Source: Eledone cirrhosa
Lineage: Eukaryota
Length of the DNA stretch: 64,000 bases
Reading direction: 5' to 3'
NCBI GenBank assembly: GCA_964016885.1
Contig: OZ024749.1
Span: forward strand, 39,308,001-39,372,000
The notes under the pieces are model-generated. The model saw nothing but the letters and a program-made list of their open reading frames with translations. It had not been told where the DNA came from and did no database searches. The translations under genes were made by a program, and so were the position numbers. Positions 13,755-27,328 of this stretch are shown piece by piece (position 1 is the first letter of the stretch; the number at the start of each line of letters is the position of its first letter).

Positions 13755-16700
13755 CAAAGGGATATTTAATTTGTTAGTAATTCAACAAATATATATATTT
13801 ATAACTGATTCGAAGCACTCAACAAATTTTCTGGAGCATAATATCAATGATATTAATAAATGGAAACTATATTTATGAAACCATATTTATTCTACTATAT
13901 ATATATATTTCAAGGGTACCAAAACTTTGGTACGCTCTCATCAGATAAAATAGAAAGTTTGTTTTATAAATATTGACATATCCAGGAATGAGATCTTAAT
14001 GGTTCAAGTTTTTCCTGGAAAATGGAGGTAATGGTAGTAGCATTCACCTATTAAAAATCATGCCAAACTATGGGGTGGATAGAGCCCCTGAGTCCAGTAA
14101 GACAACCTCTCTAGTGCTGGTGGCATGAATAAAAGCACCCAGTCCATGCTGTAAAGTGGTGCTGGTGTTAGGAAGGGCATCCAACCAGTATATTAATGCC
14201 GAAACAATTATGAGCATAACAAATAATTAAAATGATGATGATGTATAGATATTACAATTAGCCGCCATTTTTGACGGCACAGGGCTAGCTAGTAATATTA
14301 ATAAAACCAGATATTTTACCCTCCGTCACTGTCATGAGTATATTTGAAGCTTCAATATTCTCTCTTGCTTTATCTTGTTCTTCCTCTACTTTTTCTTCAC
14401 TTCCTCCTTCTTTCTTAACTTCTTCCTTTTTTGCTTCTTCTTCAGTCCCTTCTACTTTTTCTGCTTCTTCTTCTATTGCTTCTTCTTTTACTTCTACTTC
14501 TCCTTCTTCCTCTTCTTTCTCTTCCATATCTTCTACATAGTCTTCTTCTTCCTCCTCTTCCTCTTCTTCTTCATCATCTTGTTGAGATAAGAAACAGAAA
14601 ATATAATAATTAGATGCAGTTAAGTTTTGACTGTTTATCTTTCATGCTCCAACTGATGAAACAAAATTCTCCTTCAATTAATTATTTAAAGCAATCTTAA
14701 CTATAATAAAGAAAGGAGTGTGGGACTGTGACCAGAATATATTTTTTTATCCTGTTTGTAAAATAAGTTGGATTACTTTGAATAAATAATGAATGGATAT
14801 TACATAATTTATGTACTAAATTTCATAACTCTTGATTAAATATAAATAGTTTTATTGCTTATTTAAAGATTCACTTCTTTAAAATTTTCAAATGTCAACA
14901 CTTCCGGTTAGCAGCCATTATATTATAACATTTATAAAAACATTGTATATATTTCCATCACTAATTTTCTCCTAATGCAGTTTATATATAATATCGCCTT
15001 TTTTAAATGTATCATGGATTACTTTACTGATTGCAGAAGAGAGTGTAACACAGACTCTCTTCAATTTCTGTGGATATTGTCAATTATGATTTTATTTGAT
15101 ATATCATATCTACATGCATATATATTTGCATATAATATCAATATGCACACTACACATGCTAGCAGAAAGCCACCCAAATGGTGGTGTTTCTGCTAGTATA
15201 TTACAATGAAAATACAACAGCTAGTTATGAGAGGGAGGGCGGTGTGTAGAATCATTTTTAAATGTTCAGGATTGATGAAACTGATGTGCTCAAGGCTGGA
15301 TTAAGTTCTGAAAAGATTGTGGTTCTGTCCACCCAACAATATATAAAGTCTATAAAATATATATACCGTATATACTCGAGTAAAAGTTGATCTCATGTAA
15401 AAGTTGACCCCTATTTTAGGCCAAAATATCTGGAATTTCCTACAGACCTCAACTAAAAACCGACCCTAGTATTTCATGGATAACAGGTCAACATTTGTGA
15501 GTCAAGATATCATCCTATATTACAAGTAACATGGTGATATACAGTAATTATGAGATATAAATTAATTGCACTAAGCTAGTCTGTTTGATGGACACGAGTA
15601 AAAGAGCAAGTGAAAATATTTATAAGAGCTATGTGGCCTTGCTTATGGATTTTGTTATTTATTACGATGTGTGTTTTGTGGCATAGAATCAGTAGTATTA
15701 CTGTAATTCATCGTGTTTTTGTTTTTATTTGTTTAGAGATCAGTTGGGCTTCTGCTACTGATAGAGTACTTTGAATTTTAGCTTGAATTTCAATTAGTAG
15801 TATCCATGTAATAGCTGACCCCATAAATTTAATCTTAAAAATGGTTTGAAAAATTTGACTATTTGAGTATATATGTTGACCAGATGATAAAATATTGATC
15901 AGGTGATATAATGTTGACCAGGTGATATAATTAAGTTGACCAGATGACCAGATGACCAGATGATAAAAAATGTTGACCAGATGATATAAAATTGACCAGA
16001 TGATATAATGTTGACTAGATGATTAATAATTGTTTCTACTTTTGGCACAAGGCTAGCAATTACCCAGTGTATTACTGGTACTTTATTTTATCGACCCGGT
16101 AAGGCTGAAAGGCAAAGCTAACCTTGGCAAGATTTGAACTCAGAACGTAAAGGGCCATAACTCTGTGTTGCAAAGCATGGTGTCTGATGCTCTACCGATA
16201 CTGCCAATAATGTTGACCAGATGATAAAATAATGTTGGTCAGGTGATATACTATTGACCAGACGATATAATGTTGACCAGATGATATAACGTTGACCAGA
16301 TGATATAATATTGACTAGATTATATAATAATTGTTTCTACTTTAGGCACAAGGCCAACAATTACCCAGTGCATTACTGGTACTTTATTTTATCAACCCCG
16401 TAAGGATGAAAGGCAAAGTCAACCTCGGCGGGATTTGAACTCAGATGGTAAAAGGACGTAACTATGCTGGAAAGCATGGCGTCCGACCCTCTACCGATAC
16501 TGCCAATCCACCGCCCTCATATATAATAATGTTGACTAGATGATATAACATAATGTTGACTAAATTATGTAATGTTGACCAGATGATATAATAATGTTGA
16601 CTAGATTATATAATAATGTTGATCAGATTATATAATATAGTTGACCAGGTGTTATAATCTTGACCAGATATGTTAAGCCATACTTACTCTCATATTCTTC

Positions 16701-19700
16701 ACTATTGTCGTCATCTTTCTCATCTTCTCTAAAAGAAAAGAAAAAATTATTCAGAATGAGATGTGAATCTGTGAAGTTGTGTCATCATCATCATCATCTT
16801 CATTTCATCATCATCATCATAATCATCATCATCAACACTGTTTAACATGTATTTTCCAGACTTGAATAGGTTAGCTAGGCTGTCATGTTATGAGGTCAGG
16901 CGGGTCATGTGACCATGTCTTGCTTGTGTTTTTGGTTTGCTTTTCTATGGCTGGATACAACTTCTTAATGTCAACCACTTAGCTGCATAGACTGGGAACT
17001 TTTCATGGTACTGGCACTGCCAACTTACAGGGTGGATTGAGTGATTTTTGTTGTAGCAGCAGTATCACCACCTTACAGAGTGGACAGTGTTTAGAGCATT
17101 ACTGTGGGACGACAGTGGACAGTGTTTAGAGCATCCAGTCATAGAAAACCATATAAAAAATAAGCAAGATGTGGTCATTCAACCTCTCTGTCCTCGTGAC
17201 AGCTTTGTTGAACCTATGCAAGCATCGAAAATAAATGCTAAATGGTGGTGATGATGATGATAATGATGATGATAACTGGGGTGTAGATTCCGCCCTCCCC
17301 CCCTACCACCACCGTCTTTCCTTATTTAATTTTTTTTATATATATAATTTAAAAGCAGTATTTAAATAATTTTGAAAACCAAACAATGCATTAGGAAGAA
17401 CAATAAATTGCCACGATAACAAAAGAATCTTACCTTAACAAATTTAATGAGTCCATTTAATGATTATTAAATTTGCTAAGTTTCTTTTGTAATCTTGGCA
17501 ATTTAATTTTCTTTCTAATGCATTGTTTGGCTTTCAAAATTATTTAAATTTGTGTTTCCTATTCAACAATGCTTCAAGCAAGCTACAAAACTCTAAAAGC
17601 AGTATATTTAAGCTGCACCCCACAGACAAAATGGTTATGGTATTGCAGTGGATAACAGCCAGTGCATCAGCCACCCCCACCTCACAAAGCTCCTCTCTCT
17701 GGCAAGATGTAATTCTCCCAATTTTGTAAAGGAAAATGGCAATTCAGAGACTAAGGACACCAGAAATCTCATGACTGGCATAAAAATATAAACAGTTGGT
17801 TAAGTCCAAGTATTTGGTTATCTTCTCTTCCTCTGCATTACAAGTGGCAATGCCAAGGTTTATAGTCAAACTGACAAGGCTTGAAGCAAAGAATGTGTTG
17901 CAACGTGTAGAAAACTGTGGTAAACTGAAAACAAATGGAAAAGAAAAAGAAAAAAATTCAGCAGTGATACAAACCTAAGTTTTATCTGAGCAAACAAATT
18001 ATTCTTAAATAATAGCAGAAGCCAGCTCCATTTTTCTGTGGTGTCTACTAAACAGATTATACTGTCAGGTGTGAAGTTAAAGTCTAAACATGTCTGCCAA
18101 TGTTCTAGAGTTGCAGGAAAATCATCTAAAACCCATCCACCATTTCTGAAACAATATTCAACACAGTCATCGTGGTAGCAATGGTAACATAATCAGGTTA
18201 AAATAAAGTAAATGTATAAATATGTGAAGTGGTTGGTGATAGGAAGAGCATCATGTTGAAGAACCCATGCTAAAAAGAGGGTCCAGAGGACTCTTCAGTT
18301 GTGTCCCTCCCACTCAGCAATCTTAGAGGCCCTGAAAGAATTAAAGGGTTATAATCAGTTCCCTTCCCTCCATGACTAAATATCAAAAACTACAGTTCCC
18401 TTACTACCACTACAACTGCTGCCTATAGTTATGTACTACACTTTGCTGTGGTGTTGCTATATAGCTAAGCAGCACTGAGAGTTAAATACACTTGGCATAA
18501 ATACAGAGAAGTAGTAGTGACAGCATGTATATATGGATCTGTAACTCCTGATGGAGTTGTAGAGGTGCAGTAGTAACATTTTCCCCCAGGTCTGAACATA
18601 GTTGATTTCTTCCAGAAGGAGAGAGAGAGATTGAGAGAGAGGAAGTGAGAAAGAGATATAGAGGAAGAATTGTCCCCAGTAATGGACTGGTACTCTATTT
18701 TATCGACCTCAAAAGGATTTAAGGCAAAGTTGATCTTGGTGGGATTTGAACTCAGCACAGAGAACCAGAACAAATATCACAAAGCATTCTCTCTGATGTT
18801 CTAACAAATGACAATTTACTACATTAGTTTGTCAACTCTAGTGTTTGAACCCCAACTTCTCAACCAGCTACAAAGAAATATTAACAAACATACAAAACTA
18901 CCTCCATTTTTATAAAAAATTAATTACATACACAAGTGGACTAAGTAATCCTTTGTCATTGTCACTTTCAATACTTTGAATAGTTTTCTCCATTATCATA
19001 TATTTATCTCTCGCTGTAAACGAAATGTCTTGTTCAGCATATTGAAGCATTAACATTTCCACAATAGTTTTAACTTCGGGGTAATTCTCATCAACTTCAG
19101 AAAGTGCCATCTCTAAAAGTTCATCATGTGTGATTTCTTTAAAAAAAAAATCAAAAAAAATTCATCATCATCACCATCACCATCACCATCACCATCACTA
19201 TCACCATCACCATCATCAGGTTGGATGGGGTTTTGAAACAATATTTTACAGCTGAATGCCCTTCTTGAGACTGACCCTTTTAATCACCTCTTATGACATG
19301 CAAGGATACAGTCTGCGTATTCTAAAAACCAAGACATGGAACAAAATTGATTAAAAATATGCTAACATAAGTAGATGTTCTGAATTAAGGAAGAATTACA
19401 TATTTGAGTTAGAAGAGAACTATTGACCTTCAGGAGAAGCAGCGACCCCTGATTGTATTCAGCAACCGAAACAAATATGAAGTACACCAAATCCAATGCT
19501 CATAGGGGCGGCCCTGGTTCTTCTTTGCAAGTGTAAACTCGGCCAGATTAGATTAGATTACATATTTGTTTTTAATATACATTAATGTCAAACTTCAACA
19601 GGAAGAATAAAATTTATAGAAAACAGGACAGCTTCCATGACTTTCAGAAACATTTTTTCATGCTCAGAGTTGCTGAAGCATGGAACAAACTACCTGCATC

Positions 19701-21369
19701 AGTTGTTAGCTGCCGAGACACTGCATCCTTTAAAACCTCTATGCTTCCTGAAATTCGCCAACACTACACCTTATATCCGCCCTCCATACACATGCACATA
19801 CACTGTTCACTTTCCTGACATTTCTACATTATTCTATGTACTATACATGCACCTGTGATGAGTTGTAGTGCACCTGAGCACTTTACACAATAATTTCATT
19901 ATTATTATTTTTATTTATATACAATAAATTGGTTAACTCTTAGCAACCTAAAATGAATTACCAGAAAATATCTAAAAATAGAGTCTGTTAATTCAAATGT
20001 TTAAAAAATCTTTACTAGTGGACATATTGTTGTGAAGATTGGCTGTATTAGAATAAAGACTTAAAATTTTAATGTAGTGCAGTCATAGTGTCGTTTTGTA
20101 CTTTTCAAGAATGTCTTGCTAATGTAGTTTCATAGGACATTAAGAGTTTATAAAAGTGGCAGTAATATCATGTTAAACAGCTAGCACCATAAGTTGATAC
20201 AGAATTCCTCAGGAAGAACCTTGACAGTTAATTTCAGCTAAATCTCAACTACGTTCTTCCATGGCAGAGTCTTGCTAATAACATTGTAAAAGAACACCAT
20301 ATTGTAGAGCAGCCATTAATGGAGACTTCTGGTGTGCTTCACTCTAGGGCCACCTTCCTGCTCAACACCACTGACACAGAATTGGCTACCTGCAGGTGTG
20401 AGCCTCACGAGTTGGAATGGCTCTTCCAGTGTGTCTCCCTCACCATCCTCTAGCAAACCGCCTTCTTTATTCTGTCTGCCAGGGCGACCAGCACATGGGC
20501 CCTCATTTGCTCATAGTAGAGAGAGATGGAGGCAATGATAGTGGAAGTTTGGTTGCTTTGTGTTCAGATCTGATCTATATGTATATGTTTCCAAAACATT
20601 AGTGCTCTAGTGTTGAATCCAAACTTATTGGATATTTAAGTTGGCTTCATCACTGATTAATAACCTTGTTGCTTTGGTCACAAACTCAGGAACTGATCCA
20701 TGTATTGCAGAGGAGTAGAAGACATCCAGATACCAGGACTTCACTTACTGTTTCCTTTTTTATTTTTTTGTCCTGCCAGTCACCATCAAGAGCTCCTGTC
20801 TCTTTAATCCTAAAACTGCCATTTTTCTTCCCCATATTGGGAAGAGTGCATCTCACCTGAGGAAAGAGTCCCATGGAATGGAGTAGATCTTATTTAAATG
20901 AAGGAACACTGTGTGTCAAGAAAGGCTGTGCAGGAAAGGACCTATCCAACCTATGTAAGCATGGAAAAGCAGACATAATAGGTGACACAACAAAAAGCAC
21001 CCAGTTCAGACTGTAAAGTGGTTGTGTAGGAGACACAGTAAAAAGGCTCCCAGTTCACACTGTAAATGTGGCTGATGTTAGGAAAGGCATCCAGCTGTAG
21101 AAAACCTGCCAGAGAGACAGTTCTGTACGAGCAAGACATGGGTCTTCCAACCAATCTCGCTTCAAGTGGGACAAAACCGTCCAATCCATGCTAGCATGGA
21201 AGGTGGACATTAAATGATGATGATGATGATGATATATATATATTAGAAGGGAAAACAGACATTAAATAATGAAGATGTATATACATATGTATGTACGTAT
21301 ATATGTATGATGTATGCAGCCATCATGTGTATGTATATGTATGTATGTATGTATGTATGTATATGTATG

Positions 21370-21401
<32 letters not shown>

Positions 21402-24362
21402 TGTATATGTATGTATATGTATGTATGTATGTATGTATATGTATGTATATATGATGTATGTATGTATGTATATGTATGTATATGTATGTATGTATGTATG
21501 TATATGTATGTATATATGATGTATGTATGTATGTATATGTATGTATATGTATGTATGTATGTATATGTATATATGATGTATGTATGTATGTATATGTATG
21601 TTTCCCAGTTGGTGCTACTGGTAACATGTATCCCAGTACAACCTGTCTCATGGTCGGGTCGTTGGCGACTAAACTGGCAACCCCACTTGGTGAGGAGGGT
21701 GACTTTGGACATCCTGCAGGACTAAAAACAAAACCTGTCAAAGGGCAAAGGAGCTCTTAAGAGTCAATGGCCATCCAAAATCACCGGGAGAGATGACCGC
21801 TTAGTCTTTGTCAAGGCAGAATTCTAGGAGAAGGAAAACTCTGATATAACACCTGCAACCCTGATGGTATCCAATGATGTTGACTTGTTCTTCTTTTTGG
21901 TAAATATCATCTTGGTTAAGAGAGTGGGACTGGCTTTGTGCAGTGCCTTTGCTCACTATAAAAGCTTCACGGCACAGGCATTGCTTTATATCTGGAGATC
22001 TCTCTGCACTTGTCGTCACATAGTACCATGGGCCCAGCACTATGTGTCAATAATTGTCACAAATTTAGTGTTTGTACCAGAGTTTTCAAGTCGCTGGCTG
22101 GACTAAAAGGTCACTTGTTCAGCGCATCGGTAGGGGTTCTCCTACATGGATATAAAGTAGTGGCCGTACTCGAAAACGAGTTGGCAGCCACCATATGTAT
22201 GTATATGTATGTGTATATGATGTATGTATGTATAACATGTTACCAGGTTCTTGTTCTGGTTCCTGTTCATGTAAAAATCCCGTGCCCCTAAGGCCTAACA
22301 GCCTTTCTGCTTGTTCCTTCTGTTCAATTTCTGATTCCACTCTTGAAAGTAACTGATCGATAACTTCAGAAAATAACAACTGTATAAAAAAAATATAAAT
22401 GTCACAGAAGGCAATAAAGAACAGAAAACCATATATTTAATTATTGAACAAATCATACAAATATTTAGTCACATAGCAGCAATAACATCCTAACTTGAAA
22501 AATAAATAACAATCTTCAAACATTTATGATATATTTAGACATCTTTGATGTGTGTCATCATCATCATCATCATCATCGCTGTTTAACGTTCATTTTCCCA
22601 TGCTAGCACGGGTTAGACGAGTTGTCCTGTTGTGAGAAATGCCAGGTCTCAGATGACCATGTCTTTCTCATATAGAACTGATTTTGGCTTGGTTTCTACA
22701 GCTGGATGCCCTTCCTAATGCCAACCACATTTACAGAGTGTACTGAGTGCTTTTTGTTGTGACACCTTCACGACCACTTTACAGTGTGGGCTGGGTGCTT
22801 TTTGTTGTGACACTTTCACGACCACTTTACAGTGTGGGCTGGGTGCTTTTTGCCGTGACACCTTCACGACCACTTTACAGTGTGGGCTGGGTGCTTTTTG
22901 TTGTGACACCTTCACGACCACTTTACAGTGTGGGCTGGGTGCTTTTTGTTGTGACACTTTCACGACCACTTTACAGTGTGGGCTGGGTGCTTTTTGTTGT
23001 GACACCTTCACGACCACTTTACTGTGTGGGCTGGGTGCTTTTTGTTGTGACACCTTCACGACCACTTTACAGTGTGGGCTGGGTGCTTTTTATTGTGACA
23101 CTTTCATGCCCACTGTACAGTGTGGGCTGGGTGCTTTTTGTTGTGACACCTTCACGACCACTTTACAGTGTGGGCTGGGTGCTTTTTGTTGTGACACCTT
23201 CACGACCACTTTACAGTGTGGGCTGGGTGCTTTTTGTTGTGACACCTTCACGACCACTTTACAGTGTGGCTTCACTAGATGTATGCTTCAGCCTATCCTC
23301 ATGGGAGATGTATGGAAGGATGGGGTGGAGTGGAGGTGGATGTGGTGCATACTATATATATGCTTCAGCTTCAGCCTGCGCCCATGGGAAGGCAAGTCTT
23401 CTGTATCCTGGTTTTTAGAATAGATGCACTGTATCCCTGCATGTTGTAAGAGGTGTCAAGAAGGACATCCAGCTGTAAAAGATTGTCTCAAGAAATCCTG
23501 CCCAGCCCATACCAGCTTAGAAAAGTGGACATAAAAACAATGATGATGATCTTGTTAAATAGAGGCTGTATTAGGTTATAGTATGTAACATTCGTTTCAA
23601 TATCTAAAGCATTTCACTCAATGCTATGATACATAGCTGTTACGGGCAAAGTAAACAGTTTATAAGCCTTGAAGTAAATCCACTACCATTAGAAACTGGA
23701 ATGCATGCACTAATTTACCAATATATTATATATTATATATCATATATTATATATCATATATTATATATCATATATCATATGACCTACAAGCTCTCTTGCT
23801 TTTCTAATTATATTCAGGCTTTCTGCTTCATTGCTAAGATGATCACTGCCTACTACAGCAGCTAATAGATTAGGCTTATAACAAAGGGATCTTATATAAA
23901 GCACAAGTGTTCACTTGTACAAAGAAACAGTTTAGACCACATCCAAAAGCAACCATCATACTGATTAGTGAAAAATTACATACTCCACATTGATCCCACA
24001 AAGAATCCTTTATATGATATAAATAGCAGCCAAATCTCCCTCAAATTACATCCTGCCATCTTAAAAAACAGAATGGAGGTTGGGAAAGACATTGGATATG
24101 TAGTGCTACAAACATTATGACTGAAAAAAAAAAACATGACACTCATGTCTGTTTGATCAGGGCTGACCATGGGCTAAATAACTATAACAACAAAACATTT
24201 GTATAATAACGTCTATTTAATGAAAAATAACACAGTAAAATGTATATCTACCCCTGTCTCTTCATCAATTTGTTCACTCACTTCAGATAAGTGACTGGCT
24301 TCTAAGCAATTATATGAAAGAAATATTTGAAATCAATGTGAGTTCATTATCATATGCAATAT

Positions 24363-24426
<64 letters not shown>

Positions 24427-27296
24427 AAAGGTAAACAGAAATAACAAAACAATCGGTACAGTATATGGAAGGAATATATTAGGTTAATGCTTGAAATAGT
24501 AGGGAGAGGGTCTTAACATTTTATATATACATATATATCATGAAGGAGTGTTTATTAGTTTACAATTGTTTCAAAGGAAGAGGTCAAAATTCAACAATAA
24601 ACGTACATACTATCAATATTTCAATTAATAAATACATGTGTTATTAATTGGATTATATACATACCTATGATATATATATGAGATGTCAACATGAATGGAC
24701 CTATTATTTTTATCTAAAGACATTTTTTCCAATTCCATCCCGCCCGTCCCCTTAATCTATTTTATTTCTCATTCTTTCTTCTGATGAAGGACTAGCGTCC
24801 GAAACGTTAAGACCCTCTTCTTGCTATATCAAGTTTTAACCTAATGTATACCTTCCATACCGATTGTGTTGTTGTTTCTGTTTACATTTTACATATATAT
24901 ATATATATATATATATTTCTTTTCTCAATATATATATATAGAGGAAGACCACGAAAAACATGGGCGGAGGTGGTGAGAGCAGACCTCAGATCACTGAAAC
25001 TCACGGAGGAGATGACGAAGGACCGTGACAAGTGGAGAGATGCTGTGCTAGCAGGGAAAAGTGGACGTAAGATGATGATGATGATGATTGAGAAGAAGAG
25101 GCATTAATGTCTATGGTTAGAGAAGGAGGCGGATTAAGTTCCAGCTACTACTACTACTCATTTTACAGCTGGAACAATGTGAAATGAAGAGTTTCGCTTA
25201 ACACCACAACATACCACCTGGCCCAAGAATCGAACCAATGACAACACGATCATACGTCCAACACCACAACATACCACCTGGCCCAAGAATCGAACCAATG
25301 ACAACACGATCATACGTCCAACACCACAACATACCACCTGGCCCAAGAATCGAACCAATGACAACACGATCATACGTCCAACACCACAACATACCACCTG
25401 GCCCAAGAATCGAACCAATGACAACACGATCATACGTCCAACACCACAACATACCACCTGGCCCAAGAATCGAACCAATGACAACACGATCATACGTCCA
25501 ACACCACAACATACCACCTGGCCCAAGAATTGAATCTTTGTAAAGTTACACTTCAAGCCACATCTTAATAATGGGAAATTTAGTCTTCTTTTTCTTTTTC
25601 TTTTTTATTCACTTATTATTGAGAGTGTCGTAGGAGCAGAGTCCTCAAGCACTCCTTCCAGCAGGTCCTGTCTGAAGCAACCGTCTCCAACAGATCCAGT
25701 TGGATCCCCAAGCAAGACCAGACAAGCTCATGGATGTTATCCAACCATCTTGCTCAGGGTTTACCTCTGGGTCTCCTGCCGGTTGGTTTTGCTCGTAAAA
25801 TCTGTTCAGTGATTCTTTCCTGAGACATTCTAACCACATACCCATAGTATCAGAGCTGTGATCTTTCAATTCGGAGAAGTAGCAGCTCTACCTGGAGTGA
25901 CTCTCTAATCTATGAGCTAAGCACTCTATCCAGTAATATTACTCTAAAGACCCTTCGGAGGGACCTCATTTCAGCCACTTCTATTCATGAACATATTCTT
26001 TTGGTCATTACATGTTAATTTCCCCTACTGACTTCATTAAAAAAATCCTTCTTTTTAAAAGCAGCTTGCCCCAAAAATGATGGGATTTCAAGGTTCATTT
26101 AGGGTTAAATATTGTATTGGCTTTTAAAAAAATACTATTTTTTAAATAAGTTTGTCACAAACATGATGAGATATCAAGGTCCTTTGGTTAGGTTAACCCT
26201 TTAGAATTTACATTATACTATATTTACTATTGTATTTTCATGGTAAAGGCTTTATCTAACATAATTATCTCACATAATATCGAATCTATGAGATTCTGAT
26301 GCTATCTATTTTGAGAACAATACCTTAACATCAGTATAAGTGACTGGTTACAGCGGGTTTGAAAAGAAAGAGGTGAGAGAATTCTGATGCTAAAATATTG
26401 TATTGGTTATTAAAAGAATTCTATTTTTTTAAAACCAGATTACCACAAACATGATAGGGTGCCAAGGTTTATATTGTGTTAAATATTGTAATGGTTATTA
26501 AAAGAATTCTATTTTTTTAAAACCAGATTACCACAAACATGATAGGGTGCCAAGGTTTATATTGTGTTAAATATTGTAATGGTTATTAAAAAAATCCTAT
26601 TTTTTTACAAATAAATGGCATATATCTCTAAAATAAACCAATACATTTAACTAATTAATCTGAAAGCTAAGTCTTTCTTTATAAGCATTCATTATTTCTC
26701 CTGAATTGCTGTACAACTGTATACCCCGGAAATTGAGTAATTAAATATTAACGATGATACTATGATTAGCAATACAGTATCTATGAAAGGAGAAGTAAGT
26801 TGAATAGAAAGAACCGTTGCCAAGGATACATCAAAACAGATTGACCTTCATCATAACATCTTCAAGTGATACAGTGAAAATGGTGTACTTTGAAAAGAAG
26901 TCAACATACAGAGAGAGACATTAGACTGGGTAAGTCGCATACATAATTGTTTCTACGTTTGGCACAAGGCCAGAAATTACCCAGAGCATTACTGGTACTT
27001 TTAGTTGAATTCTGTTTGACAGTAGTCTAGAATTTAATGAGCTTTATTAATTAGTTTTCTTAATTGAAAATCTTCTTCTTCGTCTTCTTCTTCTTCTTCG
27101 TCTTCTTCTTCTTCTTCGTCTTCTTCTTCTTCTTCGTCTTCTTCTTCTTCTTCGCCTTCTTCTTCTTCCGGATGCCCTTTTAGTCACCTCTTACGACATG
27201 CAGGAATACAGTGTGGCTATTCTAAAAGCCAGGTGATGATGATGATGATGGTGATGGTGGTGGTGGTGGTGGTGGTGAGGGGGGGGGGGGGGGATA

Positions 27297-27328
<32 letters not shown>

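Noticed and set aside
18275-18300. Minus-strand CTGAAGA-GTCC-TCT-GGAC as a hammerhead
   Set aside because: No GAAA follows stem II.
20686-20874. Extra AK9 exon
   Set aside because: Exons 13 and 14 already join in phase, there is no AK9-like sequence, and the donor is unclear.
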